A stretch of 64,000 bases of DNA from an uncultured beta proteobacterium (GTDB lineage Bacteria > Pseudomonadota > Gammaproteobacteria > Burkholderiales > Burkholderiaceae_C). Position numbers and translations under genes: made by a program. The stretch is taken from positions 145,543 through 209,542 of the forward strand of contig CAVQPL010000001.1 in assembly GCA_963714755.1 (NCBI GenBank), read 5' to 3'. The number at the start of each line of letters is the position of its first letter. The first letter of the stretch is position 1. Shown here piece after piece: positions 19,043 through 28,089 of the stretch. The notes under the pieces are model-generated. The model was not told where the DNA came from and made no database searches. It saw only the letters and a program-made list of their open reading frames with translations.

Positions 19043-20023
19043 TCACGGCATCACCTGGTAGTACAGGTTCTGCGGGTGGTTCGCCTGGGCAAAGAAAAAC
19101 CAGCGTTCGGCGAGCAGCCCGAGGTATTGCAGCGCGAACGCCAAGGCCAGCAGTGCCGTCGACGCCTGCCACGCGCCTGCCGCCAGCAACAGCGCGGGCA
19201 GCGCGAAGGCGGCGCCCAGAAACCACCATTTCACGGCGCGCAGCATGGACGCCGTGCGGCCGTGGAAGAATTCGCGCGTGTTGAACGACCCGCCCATGAA
19301 ACCTTGCGCCGTTTGCACAATGCGTGGGTGCTTGATGCCGATGGCGGTCTGCAATGTTGAACGCGGCTTGAGTTGTGCATTGCGCACCAGCGAGGCAATC
19401 CGGCTCACAGCGCCGAGCAAGGTGAGCGCCAGCGCCCATCCAGCCAGAAAGCGCAACAGAGCGGGTGCCTCAACCGCTGCGACTGCAGCCGCCAGTGTGA
19501 AGCCCGACGCGCTGCCCAGCAGCAGGAAGTTGAGCACCGTCAACGGCGAGGCCCATTCGCGCAAGAAGCGGATGCAGGCGTAGATCATCGCGGTGCACAG
19601 GAACAGCGCCAGCGCCAGCGCAGTACCCAGGATTCCGATCACCACGCTGGCGTCGATGACGATACCGGACTGCAGTGTTGCCAGCACCGGATTGATACCG
19701 CTCCAGTGCGCGAACCCATAGGCGCATAGCGTGGCCATGAACGCCGGCAACACGATCACCTCACGCGACAACCATGAGGTGCGCCACATGGTCGCGGTGC
19801 GCCAGGCGCGTTCGGGCCGCCCGAGGTGGAAGAACGAGGCGACAAGGCCGGCAACCAGGAACAGCAATGCGATCAAGCTGCCGCGTGCGTGGAACAGGTG
19901 TTCGTCGGACACCGGCAGCAAACCGAACAAGGCATAGGACTGGGTTGTGAAGAGCGCCAGAAACAGCCCCTGACCGACACCGATCAGCGTGGTGAGCAAG
20001 ATGACGGACCAGGCGGGGCGCAT
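19043..20023 (-). CDS. soeC: SoeC membrane anchor (DmsC/NrfD-like)
   Basis: MRPAWSVILLTT, SFFHLGRPERAWR...WRTSWLSRE, ERWFFFAQANHPQNLYY. Confidence 0.92.
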   Translation of the reverse strand: MRPAWSVILLTTLIGVGQGLFLALFTTQSYALFGLLPVSDEHLFHARGSLIALLFLVAGLVASFFHLGRPERAWRTATMWRTSWLSREVIVLPAFMATLCAYGFAHWSGINPVLATLQSGIVIDASVVIGILGTALALALFLCTAMIYACIRFLREWASPLTVLNFLLLGSASGFTLAAAVAAVEAPALLRFLAGWALALTLLGAVSRIASLVRNAQLKPRSTLQTAIGIKHPRIVQTAQGFMGGSFNTREFFHGRTASMLRAVKWWFLGAAFALPALLLAAGAWQASTALLALAFALQYLGLLAERWFFFAQANHPQNLYYQVMP

Positions 20024-20034
20024 TCCAGTCTTCC

Positions 20035-20766
20035 TTACCACGACATGACGTCGTCGAGCGAGGGCTCCGATTTCGCCGGTTTGGGCAGCAGGCCATCGGT
20101 CTTAAGCGGGTTGTCCGCGCGCGCGAGCTCGTCGTCGTGGATGTGTCGGTCGGCCTTGCGCCGGGGCAGGTAGTGGTTGGCCGGATGGGTGCCCCATTCG
20201 GGCATCAGCGCGTAGCCGGCGTCGTCGCGGATGGCCTTCGACACCACCGAGTCCGGATCGTGGATGTCGCCGAACAGGCGGGCACTGGTCGGGCAGGCCA
20301 TGACGCAGGCCGGCTTGCGTTCGGCTTCCGGCAGGGCCTGGTCGTAGATGCGGTCCACGCACAGCGTGCACTTGGACATCACCAGGCGCTCGCCATCGAG
20401 CTCGCGTGCGCCGTAGGGGCAGGCCCAGGAGCAGTATTTGCAGCCGATGCACTTGTCGTAGTCGACCAGCACGATGCCATCGCTGGCGCGCTTGTAGCTC
20501 GCGCCGGTGGGACATACCGGCACGCAGGGCGGGTCTTCGCAATGCAGGCAGCTTTTCGGAAAGTGCACGGTCTGCGTATTCGGAAATTCGCCGACCTCAA
20601 AGGTCTGTACGCGGTTGAAGAAGGTGCCCGACGGATCCTTGCCGTAGGGATCGAGGTCGCTCAGCGCTCCAGCCGAGCCCGAGGTGTTCCACTGCTTGCA
20701 ACTCGTCACGCAGGCATGGCAGCCGACGCAGACATTGAGGTCGATGACCAATGCCAGCTGTGTCAT
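20035..20766 (-). CDS. soeB: SoeB 4Fe-4S subunit
   Basis: MTQLALVIDLNVCVGCHACVTSCKQWN; four Cys clusters. Confidence 0.93.
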   Translation of the reverse strand: MTQLALVIDLNVCVGCHACVTSCKQWNTSGSAGALSDLDPYGKDPSGTFFNRVQTFEVGEFPNTQTVHFPKSCLHCEDPPCVPVCPTGASYKRASDGIVLVDYDKCIGCKYCSWACPYGARELDGERLVMSKCTLCVDRIYDQALPEAERKPACVMACPTSARLFGDIHDPDSVVSKAIRDDAGYALMPEWGTHPANHYLPRRKADRHIHDDELARADNPLKTDGLLPKPAKSEPSLDDVMSW

Positions 20767-20770
20767 GGCG

Positions 20771-20974
20771 CAGCGCTCATTGGAGTACCTTCGCCCTGCG
20801 GGCTGCGGTGCGAGCTTGCTTGGGAGCGGCCCGGCGCGGCGCTCATTGGAGTACCTTCGCCCTGCGGGCTGCGGTGCGAGCTTGCTTGGGAGCGGCCCGG
20901 CGCGGCTCAGGGAGTACCTTCGCCCTCGGGCTGCGGTGCGAGCTTGCTTGGGAGCGGCCCGGCCAGCGCTCATT
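20771..20974. repeat. Three tandem copies of a ~66-bp REP-like translatable element between soeA and soeB
   Basis: 20773-20838 and 20839-20904 identical; 20905-20965 diverged; CAGCGCTCATT at both ends. Confidence 0.92.
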
Positions 20975-23900
20975 TGCGCCCCCTGCGGCCGGCGAAATAC
21001 GCCATCTTGCGCGGCGCGACGGCCTGGCCTGGCACGGATGGCAGCGTGGCGAATTGCGGCGAGCTGACCTTGTCCTCGCTGGCATCGGCCGGGTAAATGC
21101 GTACCCGCACGTCGTACCAGGCGGCCTGCCCGGTGATCGGATCCGAATTGGATATCGGCGCGCCGCCGTCACTGCCCGCGAGTTCTTCGCTGATCAGGTG
21201 GTTGAGCAGGAAGCCGCGCTGCGACTCGTTGGCGTCGGCGGCCAGGTTCCAGGCGCCGGCGGCCTTGCCGATGGCGTTCCAGGTCCAGACCGTGCCGGGC
21301 TCGACCGCCTCCGAGTAGCTGGCCATGCAGCGCACCTTGCCCCATTGCGACTCGACCCACATCCAGCCGCCGTCGGCGATGCCCTGCGCGCGCGCCACCT
21401 TCGGGTTGACATAGAGATGGTTGTGCGTGTGGATCTGGCGCAGCCAGGCATTTTGCGAGTCCCAGGAGTGGTACATCGCCATCGGCCGCTGGGTTACCGC
21501 GTTGAGCGGGTAGCGGGCGCGGTCGGTACGCTGGGCTTCTAGCGGTTCGTAGTGGAACGGCAGCGGGTCGAAGAATTCCTCGACGCGCTTCTTCAGGTGC
21601 GCCGGTGGTTTGCGCGAGATGCCCTTGCCCTGTGCCGCCAGGCGGAATTTTTGCAGTACCTCGGAGTACACATGGATCAGGATGGGCTCGGCGTAACGCT
21701 GTATGCGGTTGCGCTGCGACCACTCGAGGTAGCCCTTGTTCCAGTTGCGCATGTACTGGTAGGACGGCGGCAGCTTGTGCTGGTAGAAGCCGCCGTTCTG
21801 GGCATACATCTCCCATTGGCGCGGATTGGGCTCACCGCGCATGAATTTCTCCCCGCCCTTGCCGCGCCAGCCGGCCAGGAAACCGATGCCCGAGCCCGGG
21901 TCGGTCTCGTAGTTGACGATGAAGTCGGGATAGTCGCGAAAGCGGCGTGTCCCGTCCTTGCGCACGAAGGCCGGGAGCTTGAGCCGCCCGGCCAGTTCGA
22001 TCAGTACTTCCTGGAACGGCTTGCACTCGCCCTTGGGCGGCAGCACCGGGATGCGCACCGCATCGACCGGGCCCTCGAACTCCGAGATCGGGCGGTCCAG
22101 CATGGACATCACGTCGTGGCGTTCGAGGTAGGTGGTGTCGGGTAACACCAGGTCGGCGAAGGCGGTGGTCTCGGACTGGAAGGCATCGCAGACCACGAGG
22201 AACGGAATCTTGTACTCGCCGTCGGTGCCCTTGTCGTTGAGCATCTTGCGTACCTCGGACGTGTTCATCGTCGAGTTCCACGCCATATTGGCCATGAACA
22301 GCATCAGCGTGTCGATCGGGTAGGGGTCGCCGCGCCAGGCATTGGTGATGACGTTGTGCATCATGCCGTGCACCGACAGCGGGTATTCCCACGAGAACGC
22401 CTTGTCGATACGCACCGGCGCGCCGTCGTCGTCGACGAACAGGTCGTCCGGCTCGGCCGGCCAGCCCAGGCCCAGGCCGTCCAGCGGCGTGTTCGGTCGC
22501 ACCGCCAGTGGTGTATTGGGCGTCTTCGCGCAGGGCGGGATCGGACGCGGGAACGGTGCCTTGTGGCGAAAACCGCCGGGGCGGTCTATGGTGCCGAGCA
22601 GCGACATCAGGATGGCGAGCGAACGCACGGTCTGAAAGCCGTTGGAGTGTGCGGCCAGCCCGCGCATGGCATGAAAGGCGACCGGGTTGCCGGTCACGCT
22701 GTCGTGTTCGTGGCCCCAGACGTCGGTCCAGGCGATCGGCAGCTCGATTTTCTGGTCGCGCGCAGTGACACCCATTTCGTGCGCAAGCCGGCGGATATCC
22801 TCGGCCGCTATACCGGTAATACCGGCCGCCCACTCCGGCGTGTAGTCGGCCACGCGCTCTTTCAATAGCTGGAAGGCGGGCTTGACCCGGGTGCCGTCGG
22901 AGAGCTTGAAGTCGCCCAGCAGGAAGGGGTCGCAGCCCTCGCTGTGCGTGATCACCGGACGGTTGCTGGCGCGGTCCCACCAGAGCTTGTTCTGCGGGTC
23001 GAAGCAGCCCTCTTCCTTGGGCACCTCGGTGCGTACAAGCATGCCGAACTCGTCGTTCGCCTCGTCCAGGTTGACCAGCTGGCCGGCGTTGGTGTAGCGC
23101 ACCAGAAATTCGCGGTCGTACAGGCCCAGCGCAATCAGCTCGTGAATCAGCGCCAGCAGCAGTGCGCCATCGGTGCCGGGGCGGATTGGAATCCACTCAT
23201 CGGCGATCGCCGAATAGCCGCTGCGAATCGGGTTGATGGAGATGAAGCGGCCGCCATCGCGCTTGAACTTGGAGATCGCAATCTTCATCGGATTGCTGTG
23301 ATGGTCTTCGGCGGTGCCGATCATGACAAACAACTTGGCGCGCTCGAGATCGGGACCGCCAAATTCCCAGAAGCTACCCCCGATCGTGTAGATCATGCCG
23401 GCGGCCATGTTGACCGAGCAAAAGCCGCCGTGTGCCGCGTAGTTGGGCGTGCCGAACTGGCGCGCGAACAATCCGGTCAGCGCCTGCATCTGGTCGCGCC
23501 CGGTGAACAGCGCGAACTTCTTCGGGTCGGTGGCGCGAATCTTGCCCAAGCGCTCGGTCAGGATCTCGAAAGTGCGCTCCCAGGAGATCGGCTCGAATGC
23601 GCCGTCGCCGCGCTCGCTGCCCTCTTTGCGCAGCAGCGGCTGTGTCAGCCGCGCCGGGGAGATCTGCTTCATGATGCCCGACGAACCCTTGGCGCAGATC
23701 ACGCCCTTGTTCAGCGGGTGATCGGGATTGCCGTCGATGTAGCGCACCTCGGGACCGTTTTCGCCCTCGCGCAGGTGCACCCGGATGCCGCAGCGGCAGG
23801 CGCACATGTAGCAGGTGGTGCACTTGATCTCGGATGTCGGGGGAACCGCCGAGGGGTCAGTGGGCGCATGGATCGGCTCGACGGGACGGGACTTGAACAA
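20970..23900 (-). CDS. soeA: SoeA cytoplasmic sulfite dehydrogenase, molybdopterin subunit
   Basis: TTCYMCACRCG, CAKGSSGIMKQ, HAMRGLAAHSNGF, MYHSWDSQNAWLRQI; no Tat signal; TTG start. Confidence 0.93.
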   Translation of the reverse strand: MFKSRPVEPIHAPTDPSAVPPTSEIKCTTCYMCACRCGIRVHLREGENGPEVRYIDGNPDHPLNKGVICAKGSSGIMKQISPARLTQPLLRKEGSERGDGAFEPISWERTFEILTERLGKIRATDPKKFALFTGRDQMQALTGLFARQFGTPNYAAHGGFCSVNMAAGMIYTIGGSFWEFGGPDLERAKLFVMIGTAEDHHSNPMKIAISKFKRDGGRFISINPIRSGYSAIADEWIPIRPGTDGALLLALIHELIALGLYDREFLVRYTNAGQLVNLDEANDEFGMLVRTEVPKEEGCFDPQNKLWWDRASNRPVITHSEGCDPFLLGDFKLSDGTRVKPAFQLLKERVADYTPEWAAGITGIAAEDIRRLAHEMGVTARDQKIELPIAWTDVWGHEHDSVTGNPVAFHAMRGLAAHSNGFQTVRSLAILMSLLGTIDRPGGFRHKAPFPRPIPPCAKTPNTPLAVRPNTPLDGLGLGWPAEPDDLFVDDDGAPVRIDKAFSWEYPLSVHGMMHNVITNAWRGDPYPIDTLMLFMANMAWNSTMNTSEVRKMLNDKGTDGEYKIPFLVVCDAFQSETTAFADLVLPDTTYLERHDVMSMLDRPISEFEGPVDAVRIPVLPPKGECKPFQEVLIELAGRLKLPAFVRKDGTRRFRDYPDFIVNYETDPGSGIGFLAGWRGKGGEKFMRGEPNPRQWEMYAQNGGFYQHKLPPSYQYMRNWNKGYLEWSQRNRIQRYAEPILIHVYSEVLQKFRLAAQGKGISRKPPAHLKKRVEEFFDPLPFHYEPLEAQRTDRARYPLNAVTQRPMAMYHSWDSQNAWLRQIHTHNHLYVNPKVARAQGIADGGWMWVESQWGKVRCMASYSEAVEPGTVWTWNAIGKAAGAWNLAADANESQRGFLLNHLISEELAGSDGGAPISNSDPITGQAAWYDVRVRIYPADASEDKVSSPQFATLPSVPGQAVAPRKMAYFAGRRGRK

Positions 23901-23981
23901 CAGGAATCCTTGGACGATCTCAGGTAACGCTCGATGGTAGGCAACATCGCTGAATTAAAAAAGCGGAGAATTCAGCTTATC

Positions 23982-24876
23982 ATGATCGAAAAAACCAATC
24001 AAAGATTGCGCCTTAACCTGCGTCAACTCGAGGTTTTCGCGGCAATCGCGCGGGAAGGGTCCTCGCGCGCGGCGGCCGAGCGGATTTCACGTTCACAATC
24101 GGCGGCGAGTTCGGCACTGGCCGAACTCGAAGCGATATTGGCGGTGCAGTTGTTTGACCGTGTCGGGCGCAGGCTGGCGCTCAACGAGAACGGGCGCGCG
24201 CTGCTGCCGGTGGCCAACGCACTGCTCAAGCAGGCAACCGAATTACAGGAGCTGTTCAGCGGCGAGCACGCTGCGCCGCTGCGCGTCGCGGCCAGTCTGA
24301 CCGTCGGTGAATACCTGTTGCCACCGCTGCTGGCCCGATGGAAGCAGGTTCACGCGCACAGCCGGGTGCGCATGCTGATGGGCAATACCTCGGAGGTGAT
24401 CGCCAGCATTGTCGGCCAATGACGCCGACGTCGGATTCATCGAGGGTTCGCAAACCCATCCCGACTTGCGCGTGCAGCCCTGGCTCAGCGACGACCTGAT
24501 CATCGTCGCGGCACCGGGACATGCCCTGATAGGCCGCATCGCGACGGCGCACCAGCTCTCGGCCCAGCCCTGGATTCTGCGCGAACTGGGTTCGGGCACG
24601 CGACAGGCCGCCGACGACTGGCTGCTCGGCTACCTGGGCACCATCAATGTGGAGTTCGAACTCGACAGTACCGAGGCGATCAAGCGGCTGGCCATGTCGG
24701 GGGCCGGCCTGGCCTGCCTGTCGCGCCATACGGTGGCCGAGTCGCTGGCGCAGGGTGTGCTGGTGGAATTGCGCACCCGCTTACCTGTGGCACGGCGGCG
24801 TCTGGCCATCGTGATCGGGCGGGACAAACGTCTGGGTCGCGCGGCGCAGGACTTCATCGCGCATTGCACGGTGTGA
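23982..24876 (+). pseudogene. YeiE-like LysR regulator split by a +1 frameshift near 24415
   Basis: LRQLEVF...SQSAASSAL...LFDRVGRRLALNENGR ends at TGA 24420-24422; ADVGFIEG...RELGSGTR continues in another frame. Confidence 0.8.
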
Positions 24877-25015
24877 ACCCGTTGCCCTGCGCTCGCGTGC
24901 CCGAAAGCATCACGCTGGCCGTGGTTTGGCGTCCGATGGCCTGGCGAGTACTTTGCGCTGTGGCGGTGGCTCGGTTTGGCGGCATGCCTGCGTCAGCACC
25001 TGCATGCTTCCATAA

Positions 25016-26809
25016 CTACAAGCCGTAGATGAATCCCAGCGCAAACGTGTAGGCCAGCCACATGATCAGCGCCAGCGGCACTCCCACGCGCGAGAAGTCG
25101 CCGAAGCTGTAGCCGCCCGCGCCCATCACCAGCACATTGATCTTGTGCGCCAGGGGCGTGGCATAGCAGAGGTTGGAGCCGAAGATCACCGCCAGCACGA
25201 AGGCTTCGGGTGGCTGGCCGATCTGCTGGGCGATGCTCACGGCGATCGGTGTGCCGATGACGGCCGCGGCGTTGCTGGAGACGACGTTGGTCAGCACGCC
25301 CATCAGCAGAACCAGGCCGCCGAGCACCACCAGCGGCGGGGCACCGAAGCTGGCCGCCACGAACACCTGGGCCAGGTATTCGGCGCCACCGGTGCGCAGC
25401 AGCGCCAGGCCCAGCCCCAGGCTGGCCACGACGATCAGGATTACCTGGGTGTTCATGGCTTCGCCCACCTCACGCCAGTTCAGGCAGCGCGTGGCGATCA
25501 TCAGGAGCACGCCGACCAGCGCGCTCACCGCGATCGGCAGCACGCCGAAGGCAGCGACCAGGATCACGCCGGTCATGATCACGATGGCGGTGGGAGATTT
25601 CTTGCTGTGCGGCAGGTCGGCGGTGGCATCGAGCACCAGGAACTGGTCGTCGCGGCGCAGCTTGGCGATCTGCTCGGCCGAGCCCTGCACCAGCATCACG
25701 TCGCCTGCCAGCAGCCGAACGTCGCCCATGGCCTTGCCTTTGCCCAGCGTCACCAGTTCCTTGCCCGCACGGTGCAGTGCCAGCACGACCAGTTGGTAGC
25801 GGTCGACGAATTGCAATTGCTTGAGGGTCGAACCCTCGATGGTCGAGCCCTCGATCACCACGATCTCGGAGATCTGCTGGTCCTCTGCGGTCAGAGGGTG
25901 CTCTTCGTCGACCTCGACATCGCCGGAGTACAGGGTGCCGCCGAGCGCGGTCTCGAACTGCTTGAGGTTCGCCGGCGTGTCGGTCAGCAGCAACCGGTCG
26001 TCGGCCCGCAGCACGGCATCGGGGAAGCTGACCACATAGGTGCCCGATCCGCGCTGGATGCGCACCACCTGCATGCCGCCACCGGCGCGCTCCACCGCCT
26101 GCGACAGCGTCTTGCCTTCGGCAAAACTGTCCGCGGGGATGCGCAGTTGCGCAGTGAACACCCGGCGCGAACTGTCGGTCAACGGTGTGCTGCGCTCGGG
26201 CAGCAAGCGTGGCGCCACGAAGCACAGGAACAGGATGCCCACGGCACCGGCCATGGCTGCCGGCAGTACAAAGGAAAACATGCCCAGCGCCTGCAGGCCC
26301 ATGTCGGCTGCCACCGCAACCACGAGCAGATTGGTCGAGGTGCCGATCGTGGTCGAGGCACCGCCGATCAGCGTGGCCAGGCCCATGGGCATCAACACCT
26401 TGGATGGCGCGGCGCCGGTGCGCAGGGCCACGCTGACGAGCACCGGCAGCAGCAGCACGACGATGGGTGTGTTGTTGACGAAGGCACTGAGCAGCGCTGC
26501 CACCGTCAGCGTCAGCAGCATGGCCAGCGTCGGCCCGGCGCGCCACAGGCTGGCCAGTGTGCGGCCCAGGGGTTCGAGCGCGCCGGTGCGCACCAGGCCC
26601 TGGCCGACGATCATCAGCGCGCACACCGCCACCAGGGCCTCGTGTCCGAAGCCGTGGAAAAAGTCCATGGCATGCAGGCTGCGCCCGTTGGCGCTGTAGG
26701 GAAAGAGCTCGAAGCCGACCGCCAGCAAGGCCAGCACGGTCATGCTCGACGTTTCCAGCGGGATCTTCTCGCGCGTGAAAAGCACCAGTGCCACCACCGT
26801 CAGAATCAT
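25016..26809 (-). CDS. SLC13/CitMHS-type permease with TrkA-C domains
   Basis: SAFVNNTP, TTIGTSTNL, two RCK-C-like regions, YATPLAHKIN...GGYSFGDF. Confidence 0.9.
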   Translation of the reverse strand: MILTVVALVLFTREKIPLETSSMTVLALLAVGFELFPYSANGRSLHAMDFFHGFGHEALVAVCALMIVGQGLVRTGALEPLGRTLASLWRAGPTLAMLLTLTVAALLSAFVNNTPIVVLLLPVLVSVALRTGAAPSKVLMPMGLATLIGGASTTIGTSTNLLVVAVAADMGLQALGMFSFVLPAAMAGAVGILFLCFVAPRLLPERSTPLTDSSRRVFTAQLRIPADSFAEGKTLSQAVERAGGGMQVVRIQRGSGTYVVSFPDAVLRADDRLLLTDTPANLKQFETALGGTLYSGDVEVDEEHPLTAEDQQISEIVVIEGSTIEGSTLKQLQFVDRYQLVVLALHRAGKELVTLGKGKAMGDVRLLAGDVMLVQGSAEQIAKLRRDDQFLVLDATADLPHSKKSPTAIVIMTGVILVAAFGVLPIAVSALVGVLLMIATRCLNWREVGEAMNTQVILIVVASLGLGLALLRTGGAEYLAQVFVAASFGAPPLVVLGGLVLLMGVLTNVVSSNAAAVIGTPIAVSIAQQIGQPPEAFVLAVIFGSNLCYATPLAHKINVLVMGAGGYSFGDFSRVGVPLALIMWLAYTFALGFIYGL

Positions 26810-26957
26810 GGCGGCGATGGCGTGCTCGTCGGGCGGCGGCGGAAAGTTGATGATCGGCTTTCGTCAAGCGGCCGGCTGCGCGCCGGGGTAAATACAACAG
26901 CTACCGCGGGTCCGGATGCACAAGCTTTCATGCGGCCGGGCGCGACCGATTTGTAGT

Positions 26958-28070
26958 CTACTGCATGGCCGCGCCAGCAAGGCCTGCTGTGTGCCGGGCA
27001 ATCACTGTCTCTTCGTCGGTGCGCAATACCAGCACGCGAACGGGGCTGCTGCTTTGGCTGATGCAGCCCGCGCCAGCCCTGTTCGCCTGCGCGTCGAGCG
27101 CCAGGCCCATCCAGGCTGCCCCTTCGACCACGCGCTGGCGCAGCCGCAGCGCGTTTTCGCCGATGCCGCCGGTGAAGACCAGTGTGTCGATGCCGCGCAG
27201 CGCCGCTGCCATCGCCGCGAGCTCGCGCAGGATGTGCTCGACAAGGTAGTCGATGGCCATCGCGGCCTGGGGCGCGCTTGAAGCCTCCAACGCCCGCATG
27301 TCGCTGGAAATGCCGGACAGGCCGAGCAGCCCGGACTCGCGGTACAGCAGTTGGCTGATCTCGTTGGCGCTGCGACCCTGCTGCTGCAGCATGTGCAGCA
27401 CCACGGCGGCATCGAGCCGGCCGCAGCGTGTGCCCATCGGCAGCCCGTCAAGTGGTGAGAAACCCATGGTCGTGGCGACGGAGCGGCTCTCGTGCAGCGC
27501 ACACATCGACGCACCATTGCCCAGGTGGGCGATCACGACGCGGCCGTTGGCCGCTGCAGCGTCCATGGCCTGGAGTTGGGCACAGATCGACTCGAAGCTC
27601 AAGCCGTGGAAGCCGTAGCGCCGCACGCCGGCGTCGAACTGGGCCTGCGGCAATGCGAAGCGCTGGTTCAGCTCCGGCATGCTGCGGTGAAAGGCGGTGT
27701 CGAAACAGGCCACCTGCGCCGCGCCGGGGAAAGCCTGCTGGGCGGCGCGGATGCCGGCCAGGTTGTGCGGCTGGTGCAGCGGCGCCAATGTCTGCAATGC
27801 CGAAATCGCGTCCAGCATGGCAGCGTCGATGATGGCCGGTCGGTCGAACCTGGCGCCACCGTGGACGACGCGGTGGCCTACCGCGCCGATGGGCACGCCG
27901 TCCAGATCCTTGAGCACCGTGGCCAGCGCCTCGGTGTGGTTCTTCGGGCCGCCCTGAGTGCCGATGCCGTCGATCTGGCCGCGTCGCAGCAGCGCCAGCC
28001 CTGCTGTGAACAGCGCCAACTTGATTGACGACGAACCCGCGTTGAGCGTGAGCAGGTTGTCTTTCGACAT
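26958..28070 (-). CDS. ackA: Acetate kinase
   Basis: LNAGSSSIK, GHRVVHGG, FDTAFH, HLGNGAS, FTGGIGEN, TDEE. Confidence 0.93.
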   Translation of the reverse strand: MSKDNLLTLNAGSSSIKLALFTAGLALLRRGQIDGIGTQGGPKNHTEALATVLKDLDGVPIGAVGHRVVHGGARFDRPAIIDAAMLDAISALQTLAPLHQPHNLAGIRAAQQAFPGAAQVACFDTAFHRSMPELNQRFALPQAQFDAGVRRYGFHGLSFESICAQLQAMDAAAANGRVVIAHLGNGASMCALHESRSVATTMGFSPLDGLPMGTRCGRLDAAVVLHMLQQQGRSANEISQLLYRESGLLGLSGISSDMRALEASSAPQAAMAIDYLVEHILRELAAMAAALRGIDTLVFTGGIGENALRLRQRVVEGAAWMGLALDAQANRAGAGCISQSSSPVRVLVLRTDEETVIARHTAGLAGAAMQ

Positions 28071-28089
28071 CACGTGGCCGGCTCCCGGA

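Noticed and set aside
20773-20965. CRISPR array serving the Cas6
   Set aside because: Units are 66 bp, head-to-tail, with no unique spacers and no leader.
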